Source: an uncultured Gammaproteobacteria bacterium (GTDB lineage Bacteria; Patescibacteriota; Patescibacteriia; Magasanikbacterales; UBA922). From it: a stretch of 41,570 nucleotides of DNA. The stretch is taken from positions 17,481 through 59,050 of the forward strand of contig CAYMID010000002.1 of NCBI GenBank assembly GCA_964390625.1, written 5' to 3'. Position numbers and translations under genes: made by a program. Numbering within the stretch: the first letter of the stretch is position 1; every line of letters begins with the position of its first letter. Below the pieces are notes generated by a model that was not told the origin of the DNA, did not search any database, and saw only the letters and a list, made by a program, of their open reading frames with translations. Positions 24,000-31,035 of the stretch are shown piece after piece.

Positions 24000-25397
24000 A
24001 TGCAGCTTGGCATCTTTGTCATTGACTTTAGTTGGTTAAATGCTCTAGCAACACTCAGTGTGCTGCAGTGGATGGGCATTATTCTGGCCTTGGGTGGGTG
24101 GCTTTTTTTAGCCAAACCACTTTTATTTGTGTTTTTTCACTTGTACGAAGATTTAAAAGTCGATTTAAATGTACACCACTGGAAATACGTGTTGCTCGCG
24201 GTGGATATTCCCGCGTTAAATGTACAAACACCAAAAGCCGTTGAGCAAATGTTTTCGCAGCTTGCCGGTGCTTTCCATGAGCCAGATTTAAAGGACCGAC
24301 TTAAAGATGGCTATAAACAGCGTTGGTTTAGTTTTGAGATTGTCAGTATCGAGGGCTACATTCAGTTTTTAATTTGGACCGAAGACGCCTTCCGTGATTT
24401 AGTTGAAGCTTCGATATATGCTCAATATCCAGACGCCACGGTCGTGGAAGTGGAGGATTATGTGAGTAGCGTGCCAGATAAATTTCCTAATGCTAACACT
24501 GATATTTGGATTAGTGATTTTGGTCTTGCCGAAGATAGCGCCTATCCAATCCGCAGTTATCGCGAATTTGAACATGCCATTTCCAAAGATACTGTGCTCA
24601 AAGACCCAATGGGTACATTTTTGGAAAGTTTTAGTCGTTTAGGTCCGGGTGAGCAAATGTGGTTCCAAATTTTAGTTGAGCCAATTAGTAATCATTGGAA
24701 AGAGGAAGCCATCCATAAAATTAAAGAAGTGATTGGCGAAAAACCACATGCGGCCGAAGACCATTTGGGTGATAAGGTAACCAAAGCTTCCATGAAGTTG
24801 CTGGAACGAATTGGCGACGAAGTTTTTAATCGTGAAGCTGGTGAAGCACATGGAGAGGAGCATGCAGGACCACCAAACCAGCTGCAGTACATGACTCCAG
24901 GGATGAGTAAGCTGGTTGAAGCAATGGAATTAAAAATTGCGAAACTTGGTCTTAAAACCAAAATTCGTGGAGCCTACATTGCACCTAAGTCGGTATTTAA
25001 TCCGCGTCGAGGGGTCAATGCCATGGTGGGGGCGCTTAATCAATACAATATTCCGAGTGCCAACTCCATTGTACCAACCTATGGCGGCACCAGTAATAGC
25101 AAAAAAGGGTTGAGAAAGAAGAATGTTTTGATTAAAGCGTACAAGAAACGTAAAATGTCGGCTGGTGGCAAGACATGCGTTTTGAATATTGAAGAATTGG
25201 CCACAATTTGGCACTTCCCAATGTCGCACGTTAAGACGCCAAATGTACAAAAGGCGGCCAGTAAACAGGCCGAACCACCGACTGGGCTGCCGTTGGAACG
25301 CATTATTCCAAATTTACCGACTGATAATGATTCGGTCGGAGGTGAAAACGAACGCACTTTCACCACTGATTCGGGCGATATTGTCCGCTACGAGTAG
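24000..25397 (+). CDS. membrane-anchored protein homologous to the N-terminal ~400 aa of the VirD4/TraG-like ATPase at 31036-33546, with no ATPase domain
   Basis: N-terminal TM segments. Blockwise matches to the 836-aa protein include FSFEIVSIEGYIQF / MAFEIVMHNNLIYF, IYAQYPDA / IHAQYPYA and ATIWHFPMSHVKTPNV..EPPTGLP / SGLWHLPLHSTEAPNI..APPANLP. Confidence 0.7.
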   Translation: MQLGIFVIDFSWLNALATLSVLQWMGIILALGGWLFLAKPLLFVFFHLYEDLKVDLNVHHWKYVLLAVDIPALNVQTPKAVEQMFSQLAGAFHEPDLKDRLKDGYKQRWFSFEIVSIEGYIQFLIWTEDAFRDLVEASIYAQYPDATVVEVEDYVSSVPDKFPNANTDIWISDFGLAEDSAYPIRSYREFEHAISKDTVLKDPMGTFLESFSRLGPGEQMWFQILVEPISNHWKEEAIHKIKEVIGEKPHAAEDHLGDKVTKASMKLLERIGDEVFNREAGEAHGEEHAGPPNQLQYMTPGMSKLVEAMELKIAKLGLKTKIRGAYIAPKSVFNPRRGVNAMVGALNQYNIPSANSIVPTYGGTSNSKKGLRKKNVLIKAYKKRKMSAGGKTCVLNIEELATIWHFPMSHVKTPNVQKAASKQAEPPTGLPLERIIPNLPTDNDSVGGENERTFTTDSGDIVRYE

Positions 25398-25442
25398 TCG
25401 ACCCTTGATTTTTTGGCTAGGTTGCGCTATAGTGCGCCCACT

Positions 25443-26414
25443 ATGTGGATTCAGGATATTCTCCAAAAACCCAAGCCAATCTTGGCGCTTTCGCCCATGG
25501 CCGACATGACTGATTCGGCTTTTTGTCAGGTTGTCCGCCGTATTGGGGGCGCAGATGTGGTTTATCGCGAAATGGTCTCGGCCGAAGCAGTGGTACGTGA
25601 TAATACCAAGACATTGGGCATGACTGACTTTGTGCCAGCCGAGCGTCCAATTGTGCAGCAAATTTTTGGCTCTGATCCGCTTACTATGGCGCGCGCGGCC
25701 GCGATTGTAATGGAGCACGCTGGCCCAGAAGGGATCGATATTAACATGGGTTGCCCGGTATACAAAATTACCAGCAACTTCAATGGCTGTGCGCTCATGA
25801 AGGAGCCAGACCGGGCAGCGGCCATCATTCGTGAAATTAAGCAGGCGATTGGGGATACACCACTTTCGGTTAAGATCCGTCTTGGCTGGAGTGATCCTGA
25901 TGATTTTAAAAAATTTATTCCCGTAATTGAAGAGGCGGGTGCGCAATTAATTACAATTCATGGCCGCACTAAAGCGCAGGGATATGCAGGTAAAAGTGAC
26001 TGGGCGCGTATTGCCGAAGCCAAAAAAATCGCCCGCGTGCCACTGCTTGCGAATGGCGATATTCATGAGCCGCACCAAGTCAAAGAAGCTCTGGAAATTA
26101 CAGGGGCAGATGGTGTGCTGATTGCGCGTGGAGCGCTTGGTAACCCATGGTTTTTCAAACTAAGTAATGAAGGAAAAAGTGTGGCCGAAATATCACTCAC
26201 TGAGCGTGTGCAGGTCATCCTTGAGCATGCCCGCCTGCATATTGAACAATATAGTGAACGCGGCCTGGTAACCTTCCGTAAACATTTAGCTTGGTATTTA
26301 AAGAGCTCCAAAATCGGGTTCGAAGTTCCGTGCATCAAAGACGTGCGCACTGAGCTCATGAAAATTAGTACGTACGCTGAGCTCGAATCAATTTTACAAA
26401 AATTACTAAAATAA
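25443..26414 (+). CDS. dus: tRNA-dihydrouridine synthase
   Basis: LSPMADMTDSAFCQVVRR, IDINMGCPV, ITIHGRTKAQ.Y.G..DW. Start at the ATG at 25443. Confidence 0.9.
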   Translation: MWIQDILQKPKPILALSPMADMTDSAFCQVVRRIGGADVVYREMVSAEAVVRDNTKTLGMTDFVPAERPIVQQIFGSDPLTMARAAAIVMEHAGPEGIDINMGCPVYKITSNFNGCALMKEPDRAAAIIREIKQAIGDTPLSVKIRLGWSDPDDFKKFIPVIEEAGAQLITIHGRTKAQGYAGKSDWARIAEAKKIARVPLLANGDIHEPHQVKEALEITGADGVLIARGALGNPWFFKLSNEGKSVAEISLTERVQVILEHARLHIEQYSERGLVTFRKHLAWYLKSSKIGFEVPCIKDVRTELMKISTYAELESILQKLLK

Positions 26415-26416
26415 AA

Positions 26417-26439
26417 ACATCCCGATTGGGGTGTTTTTT
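26417..26439. terminator. hairpin between convergent dus and folD
   Basis: ACATCCC-GATT-GGGGTGT (one G-U pair) followed by TTTTT on the plus strand. It abuts the folD stop. Confidence 0.45.
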
Positions 26440-27298
26440 ATTTGGGAAGGGTGATTTGGTGTTGTCGCGCTGCGCAAATCACGGTGTTTTCGAGCAGTTT
26501 GGCAATGGTAATAGGACCGACGCCGCCTGGAGTTGGGGTAACGAGCGCGTGATCGGCGATTTCTTCGACCACCGCATCGCCAGACATGATCGCATCAACA
26601 AATGAAACGCCAGCATCGATGACTAGTGCGCCTGGTTTAACCATGTTACCGCGCACAAGACCAGCTTTGCCAACGCCAGAGATAATAATATCAGCCGCCA
26701 AACATTTTGCGGTAACATCATGGGTTGCGCTATTAATCGTGGTAACACTGGCGCGAGCATTCATAAGCATAACAGAAAGGGGTTTGCCTACAAGCGCACC
26801 AAGTCCAATTATGGCAACATTTTTGCCGACCACGTTAATTTTTTGGTCATTGATAATGGTCATTGCCGCCGCTGCTGTTGGTGGCGTGATCCAGCCAGTG
26901 TTCATCATTAATTTACCCATGTTTACGTCGGTCAGACAATCAATGTCGCGATCTGGTTCAATGGCATTAAGAACCTCGCTGGTGTACAAAGGCTCGGGGA
27001 GGGGGAGTTGAACGATTAAACCTGACAGAGTTGGGTTAGTTTGCAAGGTCTTGATAGTACGAATGATAGTGGTGCGGTCAATATCAACTGGTAAATGCAC
27101 CAAATCAAAACCAATCCCAACACTTGTGGCCGCTTTTTCTTTGTGGTGGACGTAACGGATTGAGGGGGCGTGGTCGCCAACTAAGATTACCGCTAAACGG
27201 GGTTGGATATTTTTAGTTTGCAAAAAAACAACCTGTGCTTTGACGCGGTCTAGAATGTGGTTAGCAATAATTTTTCCGTCAATTAAGCCTGTATTCAT
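26438..27298 (-). CDS. folD: bifunctional methylenetetrahydrofolate dehydrogenase/cyclohydrolase
   Basis: IDGKIIANHI..PRLAVILVGDHAPSIRYV..LIVQLPLP..GKNVAIIGLGALVGKP. Start MNTGLIDGK (ATG 27298). Confidence 0.9.
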   Translation of the reverse strand: MNTGLIDGKIIANHILDRVKAQVVFLQTKNIQPRLAVILVGDHAPSIRYVHHKEKAATSVGIGFDLVHLPVDIDRTTIIRTIKTLQTNPTLSGLIVQLPLPEPLYTSEVLNAIEPDRDIDCLTDVNMGKLMMNTGWITPPTAAAAMTIINDQKINVVGKNVAIIGLGALVGKPLSVMLMNARASVTTINSATHDVTAKCLAADIIISGVGKAGLVRGNMVKPGALVIDAGVSFVDAIMSGDAVVEEIADHALVTPTPGGVGPITIAKLLENTVICAARQHQITLPK

Positions 27299-27323
27299 GC
27301 TAGAAGTGCGGAAGTGGCTTGTT

Positions 27324-27397
27324 TGGTTCGGGGATAGGGATTCGAACCCCAATAAACAGGACCAGAACCTGTTGTCCTACCGTTAGACGATCCCCGA
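27324..27397 (-). tRNA. tRNA-Gln (anticodon CUG), CCA encoded
   Basis: Hand-folded cloverleaf: TCGGGGA TC GTCT AACGGTA GGAC A ACAGG TTCTGGT CCTGT TTAT TGGGG TTCGAAT CCCTA TCCCCGA A CCA. Length 74 nt, with a U1-A72 pair as in bacterial tRNA-Gln. Confidence 0.85.
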
Positions 27398-27402
27398 GTG
27401 CT

Positions 27403-28419
27403 TTATTCAGTTAAAACTGGACGAGCTGTAAATGAATCTAGAAAGCGTTGACTTACGACGATAACTCGATTCATATCCCAGCCATGATTAGCCAAAACCT
27501 CTGGGCTAGCAATTGGAAATTTTTCACCAACACCGATAAAGTATACGGTTGGCTCAGTGGCTGTTCGGACCAATGCACCGACTGTGATAGTGGATTCATT
27601 GGTAAGTGGTGAATAACCATTGGAAACTTCCTCGCCATCCAGATAGCCATCCTGGTCAGTATCTGGGCTAAATAAGGAGGTTTTTTGGCTAATTTCCGCC
27701 TCTTTTGTTAGGCCGTCGCTGTCGCCGTCAGTACTATTGGAATCAGTGCTATGTGGCTGTGTAAACAGTACGAGCTGCTCACCAGTACTGGTTTTTCCGC
27801 CAGGCACAAAATCGTGCAAAGACGCTAACAGTGTACCATATGGGTACCCAAAGTCAAGACCCTTGCCAAAACCAGGGTCGTTGACAATAAATTCACCACG
27901 TAAATCATTATACCCTTTAATTACAAACATGTGGTAGTCAGGACCGCCATTGCGAAAGTATTTATTTTTGAGGGATTTTCCAGATACGAGTGCAATGACT
28001 GGGCGTTTATTGTCGATTTCGGCCTTAATCATTACGGTAGTTGGTTTAAAGACTTTGTATGCTTCCCAAGATGAGAATTCATTAATTAAACGCATGGTTT
28101 GCTCAGCGTTAGTATCTTTGTTGTAGTTAAAAAGTTTATTTTCTAATTTAAACCAAGTGTTCATTTCGCTTATGGCTGTATTCACGTTGATTCGCTTGCT
28201 AGTATCTCCACGATAAAAGCGGTCTATCATGACAATTGTAGCTTCCTCACAGGCGTCTGCCCAGGGTTGAACCCATTTGCTCTGGGGAGCCTGTAATGTA
28301 AAAGGAACGTTTATTTTTTTGGATTCAGTTGAGGAGGCGAGTGAAATGTTTGGAGTAAAAAAATACGATACAAAAACAACCAGCAGTAAAAAAAATCGCA
28401 AACTTGATGAGACAGGCAT
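27403..28419 (-). CDS. secreted C39-like cysteine peptidase domain protein with Asp-rich Ca-binding-type repeats
   Basis: Signal peptide-like N-terminus. VPFTLQAPQSKWVQPWADACEEATIVM resembles the peptidase_C39-like family. DGDSDG and DTDQDGYLDGEE are thrombospondin-type-3-like repeats. Confidence 0.55.
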   Translation of the reverse strand: MPVSSSLRFFLLLVVFVSYFFTPNISLASSTESKKINVPFTLQAPQSKWVQPWADACEEATIVMIDRFYRGDTSKRINVNTAISEMNTWFKLENKLFNYNKDTNAEQTMRLINEFSSWEAYKVFKPTTVMIKAEIDNKRPVIALVSGKSLKNKYFRNGGPDYHMFVIKGYNDLRGEFIVNDPGFGKGLDFGYPYGTLLASLHDFVPGGKTSTGEQLVLFTQPHSTDSNSTDGDSDGLTKEAEISQKTSLFSPDTDQDGYLDGEEVSNGYSPLTNESTITVGALVRTATEPTVYFIGVGEKFPIASPEVLANHGWDMNRVIVVSQRFLDSFTARPVLTE

Positions 28420-28426
28420 ACATTAG

Positions 28427-29992
28427 TTAAGTGATTACGTGGCCGCCAAAAGCCGCAGCCAAAGATTGGACTTCGTTTGACATAGTGGCATCTTCGACCA
28501 CAACCGCCAAGCGCACCGTGGCTTTGGTTAGGTTACTTAAGATTGACTCTAAGTTATGTCGATTGGTTGGTTGCATTAATTTTTCTTCGTGGAAAGAGTA
28601 TTGTACGGCAATGGTGAGAGTGTCGCCAGTAACATTTTTAATTTTGGCCATTTTTAACAGGAATACGAGCGAGGGGTAGTTTTGTTCCAGTTGACCCATA
28701 AAGGCTGGCCAGATTTTTTCAATGTCAGGTTGAGTGAAGGAACCGGTAGCAGCGGGCGCAGTTACTGGCGGTGTTGACGGTGCTGAGGCTGAGACTGGCG
28801 CTGGAGTTGGTGTTGGGACTGATGGCTGGGCTGGTGGGCTGATTTTGGGTGGCTCAGGCTTAACCAGTGGAATTGGGTGGGCTGGGATTGGGTCTGGGGC
28901 GACCGATCCATGAGTCCATTCGAGTACTAACAATTCCAATGGGAGCGAGGCAATGGGTGCTGCCCCAAGTTCACGTACACGGGCTAAAATCAGGTCAGTC
29001 AGGCGCACTAACTGAGCTGGTGGAACAGATTGACTGAGTTGAATAATTGTTTGGCAGGTGGTGGAGTCAGTGTCTAATTCGTTGGTGGCAGCAGTCGGGT
29101 CAACCGCAGCAATTAAAAGGGTGCGAGTTAGGTTTAGGCATTCATTACCAAATTCAATTAAATCGTGTCCGTCTGCGACTAATTCACGCACCAAATTTAA
29201 CGCGTCAGTTGGTCTTTGGACTAGTAACGCCTGTACAAATCGCAGTGGTAACTCCAAGGGGGTTAGTGGTAACACAAGAGCCGCTTTGTCTGCGGTAACT
29301 GGGTTGCCACCAACAGCAATGACTTGCTCTAACAGGCTCATACCATCACGCACACAGCCATCGCTTTTTTTGGCAATGCGTTCGAGGACTGCTGGTTCAA
29401 CGGTGATTTTTTCTAAATCAGCCACTTGCTGAAGATGTGCGACCATGTGGGGAACTGGGACTTTTTTGAACGTAAAGCGTTGGCAGCGCGAAATAATCGT
29501 GGCCGGAACTTTGTGAGTTTCGGTGGTGGCAAGAATAAAGACAACGTGGGTCGGCGGCTCTTCGAGGGTTTTAAGCAGCGCGTTGAAGGCTGCTGTCGAG
29601 AGCATGTGAACTTCGTCGATAATAAAGACTTTGTATTTAGATCGCGAAGGTTGGAACTGAACGCTTTCGATAATATTCTGGCGTACACTGTCAACCCCAG
29701 TGTTACTGGCGGCATCGATTTCAATCACATCGAGCGCGTGGCCACCAGTAATTTCCTGACACGAGGTGCAGGTGTCGCAAGGTTCGGCTGAGCCCTCGAC
29801 GCGCTGTTCGCAGTTTAGGGCTTTGGCGAGCACGCGGGCGGTGGTGGTTTTGCCCACTCCCCGCGGGCCAGAAAATAAATAGGCGTGGCCAACTGTACCG
29901 CGCTGGAGCTGATTAATGAGTGTAGTAATAATCGGAGCCTGTTCAATTACTGCAGCGAAATTTTGGGGGCGGTGGGTATGATATAGGGCCAT
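28427..29992 (-). CDS. dnaX: DNA polymerase III subunit gamma/tau
   Basis: HAYLFSGPRGVGKTT, Zn module CDTCTSC, KVFIIDEVHML, SRCQRF and a Pro-rich linker. Confidence 0.9.
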   Translation of the reverse strand: MALYHTHRPQNFAAVIEQAPIITTLINQLQRGTVGHAYLFSGPRGVGKTTTARVLAKALNCEQRVEGSAEPCDTCTSCQEITGGHALDVIEIDAASNTGVDSVRQNIIESVQFQPSRSKYKVFIIDEVHMLSTAAFNALLKTLEEPPTHVVFILATTETHKVPATIISRCQRFTFKKVPVPHMVAHLQQVADLEKITVEPAVLERIAKKSDGCVRDGMSLLEQVIAVGGNPVTADKAALVLPLTPLELPLRFVQALLVQRPTDALNLVRELVADGHDLIEFGNECLNLTRTLLIAAVDPTAATNELDTDSTTCQTIIQLSQSVPPAQLVRLTDLILARVRELGAAPIASLPLELLVLEWTHGSVAPDPIPAHPIPLVKPEPPKISPPAQPSVPTPTPAPVSASAPSTPPVTAPAATGSFTQPDIEKIWPAFMGQLEQNYPSLVFLLKMAKIKNVTGDTLTIAVQYSFHEEKLMQPTNRHNLESILSNLTKATVRLAVVVEDATMSNEVQSLAAAFGGHVIT

Positions 29993-30001
29993 AATGCGAT
30001 T

Positions 30002-30030
30002 AGTATAGCTGATTGGGGCAGGGAGGTAAA
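30002..30030 (-). promoter_or_regulatory. putative leaderless-type promoter for dnaX
   Basis: Minus strand reads TTTACC-17 nt-TATACT, with the -10 ending 9 nt before the ATG. This is the same geometry as at 1419-1434. Confidence 0.35.
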
Positions 30031-30043
30031 GGTGACTGCGCCC

Positions 30044-30072
30044 TTGCGCCCCCTAGGGTCCCGTGCTATACT
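30044..30072 (+). promoter_or_regulatory. putative promoter for the SWIB gene
   Basis: TTGCGC-17 nt-TATACT. The same -35 hexamer occurs at 35508. Confidence 0.4.
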
Positions 30073-30107
30073 GGCCCCAAGTTAATCTTATTTTTAGACA
30101 TATCTAT

Positions 30108-30365
30108 ATGCCAAGAACTGCTAACCCAGCGCTCATGAAGCCGCTGAAGCCATCCGAAGAGCTGGCTGCTATTATTGGTCCAGAAGAAATTACCCGTGGC
30201 CAGGTTATGGTCAAGGTTTGGGAATATATCAAAGCCAATAATCTCCAAAATCCAGCCAACAAGCGCAATATTATTGCTGACGCTAAATTGCTCCCAATCT
30301 TTGGTGGCAAAAAAGAAGTAACCATGTTTGAAATGACCAAGCTCATTTCGGCCCATCTCTCATAA
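30108..30365 (+). CDS. SWIB/MDM2 domain protein (85 aa)
   Basis: PSEELAAIIGPEEITRGQVMVKVWEYIKANNLQNPANKRNIIADAKL..FG...VTMFEM is the classic SWIB pattern. Start at the ATG at 30108. Confidence 0.85.
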   Translation: MPRTANPALMKPLKPSEELAAIIGPEEITRGQVMVKVWEYIKANNLQNPANKRNIIADAKLLPIFGGKKEVTMFEMTKLISAHLS

Positions 30366-30375
30366 TCGTAGACAA

Positions 30376-30405
30376 ATAAAAAACGACCCATGCGGGTCGT
30401 TTTTT
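30376..30405. terminator. bidirectional intrinsic terminator
   Basis: A-run, ACGACCC-ATGC-GGGTCGT, T-run. It lies between the convergent SWIB gene and the 202-aa gene. Confidence 0.75.
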
Positions 30406-30406
30406 G

Positions 30407-31015
30407 TTACAAGGTGACGTCGAGGACGTCGTGGTAGTCGGTGGAGCTGGAGTCTGGGCTCGATGTGGCAATTGTTTGAGGGGGAGTATTACGGTGCACC
30501 ACATTATCGACTGCGCCCCATTCAGCTGGCTGATCTTTGGGGATAAGAATGGCCACCTCATCACCTGGCTGTCCACGGTGAAAGCTAATTGAAGCAGACA
30601 AGACTTTATAATTTTGCCCGTTAGCATCCACACTCCATTTTTTACCAAGCTCATCAAAGTATAGGTTGCCTACTACGCGGTCCCGTTCTACCTTTGGTCC
30701 GGTTTGCTTGTAAATAAATGCGCCACTAGGAGTGATGTTTAATTTCATGACATCACCAGTTACAAGTTTTGATTTACTGGCGTAGTTTGGTGGTACAGCG
30801 TATTCCTGGCCATCGCGACCCAAAAACGCATCGCCATTAAAAATTCCTTCAACCACTTTTTCGTTTCCGTAGTTGCCTGGATGATTTGCTACTGGATGTG
30901 GTGTAGGGGTGTAGGTATTAAAATTTTGAGTTACCGTTTGATCTAAGTGATGGAGGGCGACGTCAATTTCTTGACGCAAACGAAGTAATAACTGACGAAC
31001 AGCGACTTGGTCCAT
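30407..31015 (-). CDS. conserved hypothetical 202-aa protein with an internally duplicated beta-rich module
   Basis: N-terminal helix, then EGIFNGDAFLGRDGQEYAVPPNYASKSKLVTGDVMKLNI and VGNLYFDELGKKWSVDANGQNYKVLSASISFHRGQPGDEVAILI, which look like two copies of one module. Confidence 0.6.
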   Translation of the reverse strand: MDQVAVRQLLLRLRQEIDVALHHLDQTVTQNFNTYTPTPHPVANHPGNYGNEKVVEGIFNGDAFLGRDGQEYAVPPNYASKSKLVTGDVMKLNITPSGAFIYKQTGPKVERDRVVGNLYFDELGKKWSVDANGQNYKVLSASISFHRGQPGDEVAILIPKDQPAEWGAVDNVVHRNTPPQTIATSSPDSSSTDYHDVLDVTL

Positions 31016-31035
31016 ATGTTTATATTTATGACTAT

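Noticed and set aside
29360-29380. Programmed -1 frameshift site in dnaX at the A7 run (GCC AAA AAA AGC)
   Set aside because: It lies at about aa 209 inside the ATPase/lid region, far upstream of where the gamma/tau split occurs. It is not a proper X XXY YYZ heptamer in frame and no downstream stem-loop was seen.
29993-30107. SRP (4.5S/scRNA) gene upstream of dnaX, as in some Firmicutes
   Set aside because: The GC-rich stretch GGGGCAGGGAGG...CTGGCCCC can pair end to end. But the conserved domain IV motif (AGGUCAGGUCCGGAAGGAAGCAGCC with a GNRA loop) is absent. The region is better explained by two back-to-back promoters.
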